This document shows, piece by piece, positions 10,222 to 21,160 of a DNA stretch of 34,423 nucleotides; position 1 is the stretch's first letter; every line of letters begins with the position of its first letter. A program made the position numbers and the translations under genes. Below the pieces are notes generated by a model, which had not been told where the DNA came from, did no database searches, and was given only the letters and a program-made list of their open reading frames with translations. The DNA lies in contig NC_057719.1 of NCBI RefSeq assembly GCF_004010195.1, positions 23,099,265 to 23,133,687 of the forward strand, in the 5' to 3' direction. Source of the DNA: Chiloscyllium plagiosum. Lineage: Eukaryota.

Positions 10222-10328
10222 ACATATAAATATACATATAAATCAGGAGCAGGAGTCGTCCATTCATCCCGTTGAGTCTACCCCAACGTTCAATAAAATC
10301 ATGGCTCATCTGATCATTCAATTCCATT
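10222..10328 (-). mobile_element. CR1/HER1 3' tail
   Basis: AGGAGCAGGAGTCGTCCATTCA...TTCAATAAAATCATGGCTCATCTGAT is the reverse complement of the tail at ~10015-10096. Confidence 0.8.
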
Positions 10329-10469
10329 GAGGAAATTACTTAGTCTGAGATTTTGAGTCTTGTTTGAAGAAGCTTTATTTTTCGTGAATTCATGGAGAGA
10401 CTGCTACAGTCATCACTGTCTCACAGCACTCTCTCAAGCTGAACAGTCAGCCTATATCTGTTGTGTCGC

Positions 10470-10678
10470 CATAGTCCTATCTGACCATAGGGCCTGCTCT
10501 CTCATTGGAGAGAAGTGACTGGTAGTGATTTAACCTGAGGGCCACCAGAACTCAGGTGAGGGATGAGGTTGAGAAGGAGAGTCCTTCATGTAACTTCAAA
10601 TCAGTGATGAGATTTGAACCCACACTGTTGGTATTACACTGCTCTGTAAACCAACAGTAGAGCCAACTGAGTTAAAAC
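10470..10678 (-). mobile_element. tRNA-derived SINE
   Basis: Minus strand has an A-box-like TAACTCAGTTGG and a B-box GGGTTCAAATCTC (10621-10608). The body (CTCTCCTTCTCAACCTC...CTCAGGTTAAATCAC...GACTATGGCGAC) resembles a shark SINE from memory. Confidence 0.7.
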
Positions 10679-11009
10679 AATTCCCGCCTATGCTTATACA
10701 ATGATACAAACAACTTTACTTACATTTGACTTGACAATAATTCAAGATAAAGATATGCACTGTGCAGTTATCACCTTTGTTCTTTGATGTTACTCAAGGA
10801 TAGAGAAACTAATGAGCTATAGAAGCATTCCCTCTAACGAGCTTAAGGCACACCCCTTATATTTTGTCAAACTATAATTACACAATCTCAATCTTTATCT
10901 CTAACAATACTTTTCCACTAAAGCTATGAGCCTGAGAGCCAAGATACCTTTTACCTTGGTCAAGTATCCCATCATGCAACAGTATGTTAAGTCCTTACTA
11001 CTTCCACAC

Positions 11010-11210
11010 TTCAACTCCATATTCCTCCCCCAATTACTTTTTGACCACTTTGCTTAACAAGAATCTATCTACCTCTGTCTTAAAAATATTCAAGGACTCT
11101 GCTTCCACCACCTTTTAAAGAAGAGAGTTCCAAAGACTCATGGCCTTCAGGGCGAATTTGTTTTGTCTGATCTCTGTTTTAGATGTGTGGTTCTTGATTT
11201 CTGAACAGTG
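11010..11210 (-). mobile_element. Decayed CR1 3' fragment
   Basis: AAGAATCTATCTACCTCTGTCTTAAAAATATTCAAGGACTCTGCTTCCACC...AGAGTTCCAAAGACTC. Confidence 0.7.
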
Positions 11211-11499
11211 AGGAACTCCTGATGGGATTCCAGAGGCTGAGATGATTGATTTGCAACATCATAACCATCTTTATTTATGACTCCAACTATAAATCAATAT
11301 TTAAATGTTTCTCCAAGAAGAAGACACAGAAGGAGGAATAGCTGATGGTAGCTATGATGTCAAAAGGTAATTCTAAATTTTGATAACTTTGGATCTTTGA
11401 TACACCTGTCTCATCAAATATTACGTAGAATTCAACTTGTGAATTCATTTCTCAGCAGCACTCAACAATTGTTCAAATCTATTCAAATAAAATACATAG

Positions 11500-11722
11500 G
11501 CTAAAGTAGAGACTGCAGATGCTGGAGATCAGAGTTGAGAGTGTGGTGCTTGAAAAGCACAGCAGGTCAGACAGCATCTGAGGAGCAGGGAAATCGACGT
11601 TTCAGACATAAGCCCTTCATCAGGAATGAGCTCATTCCTGATGACGGGCTTATGCCCGAAGAGTCAATACTCCAGCTCCTGGGATGCTGCCTGACCTGCT
11701 GTGCTTTTCCAGCACAACCCTC
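11500..11722. mobile_element. Penelope-like inverted pseudo-LTR palindrome with two hammerhead-like motifs
   Basis: ~90-bp arms centred on GGAATGAG|CTCATTCC (11630/11631). Each arm carries CTGATGA-GGGC-TTAT-GYCY-GAA. Confidence 0.8.
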
Positions 11723-11974
11723 TTAATTTGATAAAATACGTACCAAATTTGCAATTAAGCCATGACCTTGAGGGGAAAAACAGTTTCTGAAAATATATGA
11801 TGGAAGGTGAAAATTGTTTGCATGTGAATGTGAAGAAAGGAAGAATGTGCATATGCCTTGATGTGTTTCACAAGTGGAGTCTCTGTGTATCAATGCAAGA
11901 GAGAACAAGAAAAACCTGAAAGGATAAAATTGGAGTGTATGCAGAACATGGTACTGTCTGGATCAATTCACATT

Positions 11975-12260
11975 AAAATAGAACAGGGGTTTAAGGTAAG
12001 GAGTCAGTGGTTTAAATGAGATCTGAGAAACAATTCTCTCACTCAGCTGATGGTATAAATATGGAATACATTGCCTGAGAGAATGCTGGAGGCTAGTACT
12101 GTAACAGCATCTAAGAAGCATCTGGATGAAACATCTATGCCAGGGAATACTCAGTTATGGACAAAGTACAAGTAAACAGGATTAGACTGGTTTGTTACTT
12201 GTTGGTCCACATAGATGTGGTGGGCTGAAGGACTTGTTTCAATGCTCTATGACTCTATTA
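11975..12260 (+). mobile_element. CR1/HER1 3' fragment
   Basis: GGTTTAAGGTAAGGAG...ATGGAATACATTGCCTGAG...GGGCTGAAGGACTTGTTTCAATGCTCTATGACTCTAT. Confidence 0.8.
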
Positions 12261-12284
12261 TTCTGTAACGGCAGAGGATGGAGA

Positions 12285-12452
12285 TTACAAACAAACAAAA
12301 ACAAATTGCTGGGGAAACCTGACAGGTCTGGTAGCAGCTGTGGAGAGAAAACAGAGTTCCTGTTTCGAGTTCAATGATTCTTCTTTCCAGCAGTTCCGCT
12401 AATTTTGACTTGTCTCCAGTTTTTCTAGCAATTTTTGTTTATGTTTGTTTCA
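12285..12452. mobile_element. Decayed Penelope-like inverted remnant
   Basis: AACAAATTGCTGGGGAAAC...CAGGTCTGGTAGCAGCTGTGGAGAGAAAACAGAGTT with an inverted end TTTTTCTAGCAATTTTTGTTT. Resembles 17809-18047. Confidence 0.65.
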
Positions 12453-12592
12453 ACTTACATTGTCTATTTGTTTTCTACTTACAATCTATCTATCCCCAGT
12501 TTGTTAAGATTAATTGACTGATTTAGGTCTGTCTTTGTCTAAATCAACCACTCAATAAGGAAATAGATTCTGATTATCTCACTGTTCTACTC

Positions 12593-13097
12593 AGAGTCAT
12601 AGATTTGTACAGCATGGAAACAAACCCTAAAGTCCAACTCGTCCATGCTGGCCAGATTTCTTGAATTAATCTAATCCCATTTGCTTGCATTTGACCCATA
12701 CCCCTCTAAACCTTTCCTATTCATATGCCCATACAGATGCCTTTTAAATGTTATAATTATACCAGCCTCCACCACATCCCCGGGCAGCTCATTCCATACA
12801 GGCACCACACTCTGCGTGAAAAAGTTAACGCTTGGGTCCCTTATAAATCTTCTCCTCTCACCTTAAATCTATGCCCTCTAGCTTTAGACTCCCCCACCCT
12901 AGGAAATGACTTGACTGCTCACCCTATCCATGCCCCTCATGAGTTTATAAACGTGTATAAGGTCACCCTTCAGCCTCCCACACTTCAAGGAAAATAGTCC
13001 CAGCCTATTCAGCTTCGCTCTGTAGATCAAACCCTCCTACCCCGGCAGCATCCTTGTAAATCTTTTCTGCACTCTTTCAAGTTTAACAACATTTTTC
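12593..13097 (-). mobile_element. CR1/HER1 3' fragment (~500 bp)
   Basis: AGAGTCATAGA tail, then CCCCTCTAAACCTTTCCTATTCAT, GGCAGCTCATTCCATAC, ATAAGGTCACCC and ATCCTTGTAAATCT, the reverse complement of the CR1 ORF2 C-terminus. Confidence 0.9.
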
Positions 13098-14081
13098 TTC
13101 TTCAGTGAAAGTGAGTTTTATTGGGTTCTCCTAACAGTTTCCATGGAATAGCAGCCTCAGCATTAAAAGGCTGGTGAGAATGAGATTCTCATTACATCAT
13201 AAATCCAAAATGACCAACTTTTTCAGTTATCTTTTGATTTTCAGTTGCTATTAGAAACAGGCTGAAGACTATTCCTTCTTCTGCTTCCTTCCTTACTCAT
13301 TGAGAAGTTTCAAATCAATGATTTAACTTACAGCATCTCTGAGCTTGGCAGTTTTACTCTGAATACAATATGGCTTGGTAGACCCAAGTGAAATACATAT
13401 AATCTCCTGGATCAATGATCTGCTTTCTATGATCGTATGCTGTTAAAGTTCTCCTGCTCAATTTTCAAACAAAATGGTACTTTGCAGATTGCTTTTAAAA
13501 TTCCTATGGGTAAGAGTAAGCCTTTCAATTAATCTTGAAAGAAAACATGACTGTACTTGTAGAAAGCAGCCTGACATTTAGAAGATCCAATATATTTTGT
13601 CTATGAGTTAAGATGTACAGGTCACTAGGGAGATGGCTAAATCAGCATAATTATCTTTGAAGATGGTGGGAAAGGCAAATATCCTCAATTGCAACAAATA
13701 TATGCACTTCTGGAGTCTTTGCTAAGAATCCAAAGTTAGAAATCTGCATAATCTAAATATTTGGTTTTCAGCTGGACTCCTATATTACAATTCATTAGGA
13801 TAGTTTTAACTTTGTGGGTGGGTTTAAAATGGCTGATGGTGAACTAGTAGCTTAGTGGATATCCCTCCCCTTTCAGTTGATGTTGTTTCGTGAGATCCTT
13901 AGAATAAGATGCTAAATTAAACAGGTGGAACAAGAGAAGGACATAGAGCAGGAGGGTATATATACACTGAGATTCTTTAGGGAGAATCTCCCATCTCAAC
14001 TCCAGTGAGGACAAAAGCTTGACATTTTTTTTCACAAAAGAAACAGTTGTAGCTGACAATGTAAATATGATCCACATCTTT

Positions 14082-14160
14082 GGTTTGTCTGCTCTTCAGA
14101 GGGTCGGTGTGGACTCAATGGGCTGAATGACCTGCTTCAGCATGGTAGGGATTCTATGCT
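14082..14160 (+). mobile_element. HE1 SINE 3' tail
   Basis: CTCTTCAGAGGGTCGGTGTGGACTCAATGGGCTGAATGACCTGCTTC...GGATTCTATG; compare 19385-19448. Confidence 0.8.
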
Positions 14161-14164
14161 TACA

Positions 14165-14322
14165 CAGCCCTAGACAAAACATAGGCAAAGCAGGATTGTG
14201 AATGGTGGTGACAATTAAACAACTCACAGGAGAAGGAGGGTCCACAAATGTCCCCAGTCTCAATGTTGGAAGAGCCCAACACATCAGTGCAAAAGATAAT
14301 GTTGGAGTATTCACAGCAATCC
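14165..14322 (+). pseudogene. LINE ORF2 internal fragment (between endonuclease and RT)
   Basis: Translation TIKQLTGEGGSTNVPSLNVGRAQHISAKDNVGVF resembles the 'W..IK.L.G.....IP.L......S.K.KA..F' region of CR1/L2-group ORF2. Confidence 0.7.
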
Positions 14323-14334
14323 CTGATATGATAA

Positions 14335-14503
14335 GCATTTTAGGCTTGCCAATCTTTGGAACTGCATATCTTTGGACTGAGAGAGGAAACACGCACAGAC
14401 ACAGAGAGAATGTGCAAACTCCACACAGCCAGTCACCTGAGGGTGGGATTGATCCCTTGCACTGTGAGGCAATAGCACTAACTGCTGAACCACTGTGCTG
14501 CCC
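14335..14503 (-). mobile_element. HE1 SINE 5' portion (tRNA head + central domain)
   Basis: Minus strand GGGCAGCACAGTGGTTCAGCAGTTAGTGCTATTGCCTCACAG...GTGTGGAGTTTGCACATTCTC. Confidence 0.85.
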
Positions 14504-17500
14504 TATCCTGGTCAAGAAAGTTGACTGAGTGCATTTCATGAGTCTTCTGTCATTGAGAAGTGTGGAGAACTTGACTAAATTAATATAAATATGTGGAAAA
14601 TTCAGACTTACGGTAGTTGGAGAACAACTGTTTTGGAATCTTCCTACAGGCACCCTCATCCCCACCCCCAACACTCAGTCACTAGGATTCTCCTGCCCTT
14701 TTATATTTTGAAATAGTTGTTTGCCCTCTGCAGATGGGAAATGAGACCAGTTCCTTTTATGTATGCACCTATTATGGTTTAGCATGCACTACCCTGAAAG
14801 GTGATAGGAATTGATTCAGTAATAGGTTTCAGTGTTAAAAATGGAGCCTGTGTTCTGACATAATTGTGCTTTCCACCATAAGGCACTGGAATGATATCAG
14901 GCATTTTAGCTGTTGAGAACTTTTACCAGGTAGAAATTGGGGATGCCAAAGTCAATTGTCGCACATGATTGCAGTGCCAGTATAGATCAGCACTCAAACC
15001 TGTGCTCTTCTGGTCTATGTGGCTCACCACATATCATCAGACATGGTTAAAAAGAAAAATAAAATGATGAATAATACATAAATAATTCCCACTTCTAGTT
15101 TCGCTTCTCAGGAATTTATGAAAAATTGCAATGTTCATAGATTTTGCACAGAAGTCTTTTTCCAAATATGAATGATTGCATGAAATTGGATGAAACTACA
15201 GCCACCTCCCTTTAGAACCAAAGAGTTCTTCCATATTGAATATTATATTGTCAAATCCAGTGAATTGTTCACAAAAGTGAAAAAGCACAGTGCGTATCAT
15301 GGCCCTGTTTTTGATGTGTCATCTCAGTAAGTGTACACCATTTCGACAGTAATCTATCACAGCAGATCACCTGGCCATTATCATACTCATCCCTATGTTC
15401 AAATATGAATTGGGCATGTTCTTTATTGTCAGGTTACAGCCCAAGCAATGTACATGAGCATTATCCTTGCTCTGTGGCGTATTAGTTTATTATCCATAAT
15501 CCATTACTTCATGAAAAGATAAGCATGAAAATGCTTTCTCCTCATTTATTTTGTTCAAAAGAAGGCATAATTTAGCATTTACTTGTGTACTGAATTGCTT
15601 TAAATACCTTCTTGGTAATAAGATTTTCAACACAGTGCTTTTTCTTCACAGGAAAGAACATGTACACAGAGGATGTGCCCATCAGAAGTCATTTGCTACA
15701 ATAGTGATCAGTCACACAAGAATGAGCAAAGGTACTGGTGTTAAAGGAATGCTGTCCATTAATCAAGCTTTGAAGAAAGAAAATTGTTCCTCCTAAAACA
15801 GTAAAAGCACCAAAGGGAGGCAAGGGTCTATGATAGTGCTCTTTATGCTCTTCAGAACTGAGTAATGGCTCTGTGAATTACTCTTTGGATGTACAAATGA
15901 CCAACAAAATTATGTGCTGTCTTGGGATGTAATACGTAGAGCTGCATTGGTCTAACAAAGCCATCACACAAGGGATAAGGTCAGCAAGAAGATGTTTGAT
16001 TTGCTCCGTAATGCACAATGATGGTAACAACGTTAGTGGAATGAAACAGCCGAAAGTATTTCAGACAGCCAAAAGTGAGGGCTGAACCTCATTAGGAAGA
16101 TAAAATGGAAAAATGTTTCAAGACATGAGTCAAACATGCCCTTACATTCATTCTGACTCTGGCACTATGTTGACAGTAAAGATATGGTGAATAGGTGGGA
16201 GCAACTCAAAGGAAAAGCCAGGCTATAATTATATAAATACTTTTGACAGTTTTCCTTAAACAAAGGTACAGAGCTTGTATATATGTATAGCGAGAAGCTG
16301 TGATTTCCTTGTACGTGAGTGAGTCCTGATGACAAGATTCTTCAGGCATGTAAACGTGCAGCAGCAATTTTCTTGGTGGAGCTTCTTAAATGGCTGCTGA
16401 CAGACTGACCACCCAACAGCGGTCATTACGCTGGTTTTCCAGGCGGCTGGCCCAATCAGATGGCTACCAACTCTGTAGCAACCCTAGATCAGGGGCCCAC
16501 TGCTGTAGAGGAGTCAGAATAGTTTCTTCCCCAGTAGGGTTCGGCCAGCCCCAGTAATCAAAGGGGCACTCCTCTTGGTAGAATTTAAATCCTGGCAGGA
16601 GCCAACAATAATGATTCAAATTATTGACAAGTCATGAAAGCATACATGTCAAAACCAGAGAAAAAAGAATATAAGGTCAATGACTGCCACCAAAATATAT
16701 TTGAAATAACCCTTTTTATTCATAGAAACATACAGCTATTTCCCTTTAAGATGCTTTTAAGGGCTCCATTTAAAGATATAAAACTCACTGTGGGACCTGT
16801 TTAATGTTCCTGTTTTGCACTGCAGTGTGGCCCATGGATTGTCAGCTATTGTCCCTGCTGAAATCAAACACTACAAAATGCAAACCAGTGACAGAACTTC
16901 ACAAATTCAGCCCTATAATGACATCCAAGTCTCCTGTGCAATTCAGAATCTTAATACATCAGCAAGAAGGAAGTCTGAGACTATAGCATGAGCCGGTAGG
17001 AGTATGCAATTGTAGTCACAACAGCTTCCAGGCATAATTCATTTCTTTCCTGAGAAGGTATTGGTTAATAACATAAGGAATAAAGGAAAATTACTGCAGA
17101 AAGACTCCTTAGTTGTAATGATTATTTATGATTGCATTGTGTAAATAAATAGAAATGCTATTTTTGATAATGAGATTTTTGCATCATTGTTTGTTATGAT
17201 TTTGGAATATATCTGAATTTACCAACAACTAGCTTTCCATTTGCTGGCTTTTGGAATTAATAACTTTTGCCTCATCCCTTCAAAGTGTATCAAGATTCCA
17301 ACTGGCAATAGAGTGAGTGAATTAATGGTTGGCAGCGACCCCAGTGGGTGTGCAGCGAACAACTTCTTCTAGAAAACATCAATGAAAGCTAATTGAGTAT
17401 TTCTGTCCTCAGCTCACCAAGGCCTTGAGGTTAAAATCCTCCCCTACAATGTTACTGAACAAATCAATAATGAGTTGGCATAATATGGTTCCTGTTTTAA

Positions 17501-17808
17501 TACAAGCATCAATGTATTTAATATTAATGTGTAAGCGCACTTGATAAAATGGAACAGCATGAAATTTCATGCTGATGTTTCAAGGTGTTTCTGCTAATGT
17601 TACACAGAATCATGCCCCAATTCATCTCACTTAAACTGTCTTTGCTCTTAACTTTATGAAATTAACTGAAGAAAGAATGGCAACTGGGTGTTTACGCATT
17701 ATTAAACACTCGTCAAGTACAACTCAACCAAGAAGTTTCAGACAGGTATGGGTAAGCACTACTCAGAATAGTTGAACTCTGTCTACCCTGAACAACCATT
17801 AATATTGT

Positions 17809-18047
17809 AAATCCAGAACAAAAATGGAAATTGCTGGAAAAATTCAACAGATCTGGCAGCATCTGCGAAGTGAAATCAGAGTTAATGTTTCAGGTCTGGT
17901 GACCCTTCCTCAGTTCTGAGGAAGGGTCACCAGACCTGAAACGGTAACTCTGATTTCTCTTCACAGATGCTGCCAGACCTGATGAGCTTTTCCAGCAATT
18001 CCTGTTTTTGTTTTGGATTTGCGGCATCCGCAGTTCTTTTGTTTTTT
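17809..18047. mobile_element. Penelope-like inverted pseudo-LTR palindrome (second subfamily) with hammerhead-like motifs
   Basis: ~105-bp arms at 17809-17913 and 17916-18020 around a TT loop. The core TTTCAGGTCTGGTGACCCTTCCTCAG / CTGAGGAAGGGTCACCAGACCTGAAA is perfectly inverted. Confidence 0.85.
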
Positions 18048-18958
18048 ATTGATATTAACATTCATATTGAGCAGAATATTCACAAACCTTTTTTTTCCAA
18101 TGTATGTGTTGTTTCCTCTTCAGTGTAAATTTGCATCATAAGTGCAGATATTGATATATTTATTATTGTCATTTCTATTATAAATATTAACATATGAAGT
18201 ATGCAGTGCTAGCTTTCATCAACAATGCATCAATTTTAAACAAGCCAATAATTGTCAGAGAAGGAAATCTGCTCAACCTATCCTAAATATGTTGGCCTCG
18301 AAGCAATTACGTTCTGCACATCAGCAATATGGCATTGTGTTTATTTTTAATGACACTCTGGTAATTGAAAATAATAGCACCTCTGCTCTATACCAGAACA
18401 AGATAAGCATAGTTTATCTTTTGCCAATCGGTGAATCTCGACTTTAATATCAAGTGTTTATTACTGTCTTTCACTGTGTGCCAATTCATCTTCAGTTTGT
18501 TGAAGCAGTTTCCATGACTCAATAGAACAGATAAGGATCAACTTACATGCGATCTTTCTTACTGAGGAATAGACCACTTTAGCTGATCCTGAAACATTAC
18601 AGCTGAAGAATAAAAAGTCCTAACTAGGATCAATTACAATTGTGGACTTCAGGTCGAAAAACACTAATTACCAATTAAGTTTAACCTCAACCAAATAGTC
18701 ATCAATTCATTACTGTCTGTCTGAATTATTTGCACTTCTCAAGTGCAACCTAAAATTTAAATATTTGGTTTTAACTTGATAATTAGATCCTTTTTTACAT
18801 AATTAATATGAAGAATGCTGTAGGAAATGTGACTATCATTATAGCTTTATCAGATAATATTATTTTACCAAACAATAATATATAGGAATAAATATTGCAA
18901 TATGAAATTACTGGTGATGAATCAACATATATATATGGATAGATAGATAGATATAAAT

Positions 18959-19448
18959 GGGCAGCACGGTGGCACAGTAATTAGCACTGCTGCCTCACAG
19001 CGCCAGAGACCCGGGTTCAATTCCTGTCTCAGGCAACTGTCTGTGTGGAGTTTTTACATTCTCCCTCGATTTATGTTGCTGCAAATAGATGATTAGATGT
19101 TCTATCTAATTGGTCACTAATGCCTCCTGCTTTGGCATCTGAATTACTTTCAGTCTCTTCCCCATTGCGAGTCACAGTGACTAAAATCTAATACCTGGTC
19201 GGAAAGGTGACCAGCCTGAAGCTAGTGTGCTCCTTCTTTCCATATTGGATGCCCAATCTGGTGCTCCGGTTTCCTCCCACAGTCCAAAAATGTGCGGGCT
19301 AGGTGAATTGGCCATGCTAAATTGCCCGTAGTGTTAGGTGAGGGGGTAAATGTAGGGGAATGGGTCTGGGTGGGTTACTTTTGCAGGGTCGGTGTGGACT
19401 TGTTGGGCCGAAGGGCCTGTTTCCACACTGTAAGTAATCTAATCTAAT
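18959..19448 (+). mobile_element. Full-length HE1 SINE interrupted by a ~195-bp insert (19065-19260)
   Basis: tRNA-like head with A box TGGCACAGTAATT and B box GGTTCAATTCC, central GGTTTCCTCCCACAGTCCAAA, and LINE-derived tail GGGCCGAAGGGCCTGTTTCCACACTGTAAGTAATCTAATCTAAT. Confidence 0.92.
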
Positions 19449-19708
19449 ATAGAAACAGGGAAAAATCTATATAATCAGAAGATGACAATGCAAAGTTGCA
19501 AAGCAATTAAATTACCATGGTTCAACTATTATACAGAATAATTCAATTAAGGGAAAGCTAAAACTATGCTCTGACAAAGAACTTGATACCTAAACTGGGA
19601 ATAAAAGAACATCTCACTCACAATTAGACTCAAAAATTGGAAGGCAAGCATTTTTTTGTGGAAGCACTGAATAGAATTTAGATTTGGGTCCTCAAAGAAA
19701 ACTCAACA

Positions 19709-19901
19709 CTCGATTTATGTTGCTGCAAATAGATGATTAGATGTTCTATCTAATTGGTCACTAATGCCTCCTGCTTTGGCATCTGAAGTACTTTTAGTCT
19801 CTTCTCCATTGCAAGTCACAGTGACTAAAATCTAATACCTGGTCGGAAAGGCACACCTAAAGCTGGTGTGTTCCTTCTTTCCAAACTGGATGCCCAATTT
19901 G
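19709..19901 (+). repeat. Direct-repeat partner (probable donor) of the insert at 19065-19260
   Basis: The first ~79 nt are identical to 19065 onward. The remainder has scattered substitutions and one small indel. Confidence 0.95.
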
Positions 19902-20564
19902 AACAATATAATCAGGGCCCTTCCACAAAATTTAGCAAGATGCCCTGAGCAGGCAGTCGCAGCAATTTCTTATTTTTAAGAAGTTAATTTATGATATGTG
20001 GGCATTTGCTGGCTGCAACAGTATTTATCACTCATCCCCGGTTGACCAAGATAAGCAAATATTTTAAACATTTATTCAATTTTCCTTATTGAACTAGACC
20101 CCAAGAGGAAAGTTCAAACTCAATCATGAAAACTACAAGAAATGACTACAACACTGATCCTCCCATTTCTCTAGGTTTGAAAGGCAGCCAGTATCCATGT
20201 ACTATTCCAATCCCGTCATTCCACTCAGAGTAGATGGGTTGTCATTCAATGGAAATTATATCACCCTGGGTCTCATTTCCACACCAATGAGTGAGTTTCT
20301 AATTCCCATCGCTGTTCACTTATCCACATCTCACTTTGCATTCACATTGCCACACAGCCACAGTTCCCTTACATATCATGAAGGGAACATTTCATCACAT
20401 TTCCCTTACATTTCATCATTAATTACTAGATAATATGAGGAGCAGGAGTTTTAGTTGATCTGAAGGTATCTTGCTGGAATGTTGAGTCTGACTGTAATAC
20501 CATCAAAGAAAAGTAGAAATCCTGGAAATACTCAAGAGCTCAAGCAGCTTCTGGTTTGAGGGAA

Positions 20565-21160
20565 GGGAGTGGCATAGTGGCAATTAATGCAAGCTAATTC
20601 TCTGGAAATGTGGGCTCCATTCACACTGAGGCTGATGGTGAATCATAGAATCTCCACAGTGTGGAGGTAGGCCATTTAGCCCATTAAGTCTACAATGACC
20701 CTTCTAAGAGGCATCCCATCCATCCCTATAACCCTGCATTTCCCATGGCCAGTCCACCTAACCAGTGCATCTTTGGACAATGGGAGGAAACCCGAACAGA
20801 CACAGGGAGAATGTGCAAACTACACACAGACAGTCGCCCGAGGATAAAATTGAACCCAGATATCTGGCGCCATGAGGCAGCAGTGCTCATCACTGAGCCA
20901 CCGTGTCTGGAATTGAAAGGTAACTGTGTAACCATTGTTGTAAGAATCCATCTGGTTCTCTAATGTTCCTTCAGAAGGAAATCTGCTATCCTTACCTGGT
21001 CTGGTCTACTTGTATCTCAAGACCCACAGCAATGTGGTTGACTCTTAATTGCCCTTTGAAATGGGCCTATCAGGCCACTCACTTTCACAGGCAGATAGGG
21101 GTGGGCAACAAATAGAGGATCAGCCAGCAACACCCACATCCTGTAAATGAATAAAATAAA
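20565..21160 (+). mobile_element. Older tRNA-derived SINE sharing its 3' tail with the LINE at 7105/29421; interrupted by HE1
   Basis: Head GTGGCATAGTGG, body CCATCTGGTTCTCTAATG...GGAAATCTGCTATCCTTACCTGGTCTGG...CCCACAGCAATGTGGTTGACTCTTAA, tail GGGCAACAAAT...GCCAGCAACACCCACATCC. Confidence 0.7.
20642..20905 (-). mobile_element. HE1 SINE nested in the older SINE
   Basis: Minus strand CACGGTGGCTCAGTGATGAGCACTGCTGCCTCA...GGGTTCAATT...TTTGCACATTCTCCCTGTGTCTG, ending in tail CCACACTGTGGAGATTCTATG. Confidence 0.9.

Noticed and set aside
14096..14674. 192-aa minus-strand ORF
   Set aside because: It runs through HE1 SINE and antisense LINE pieces, starts at a non-ATG codon and has no coherent domain.
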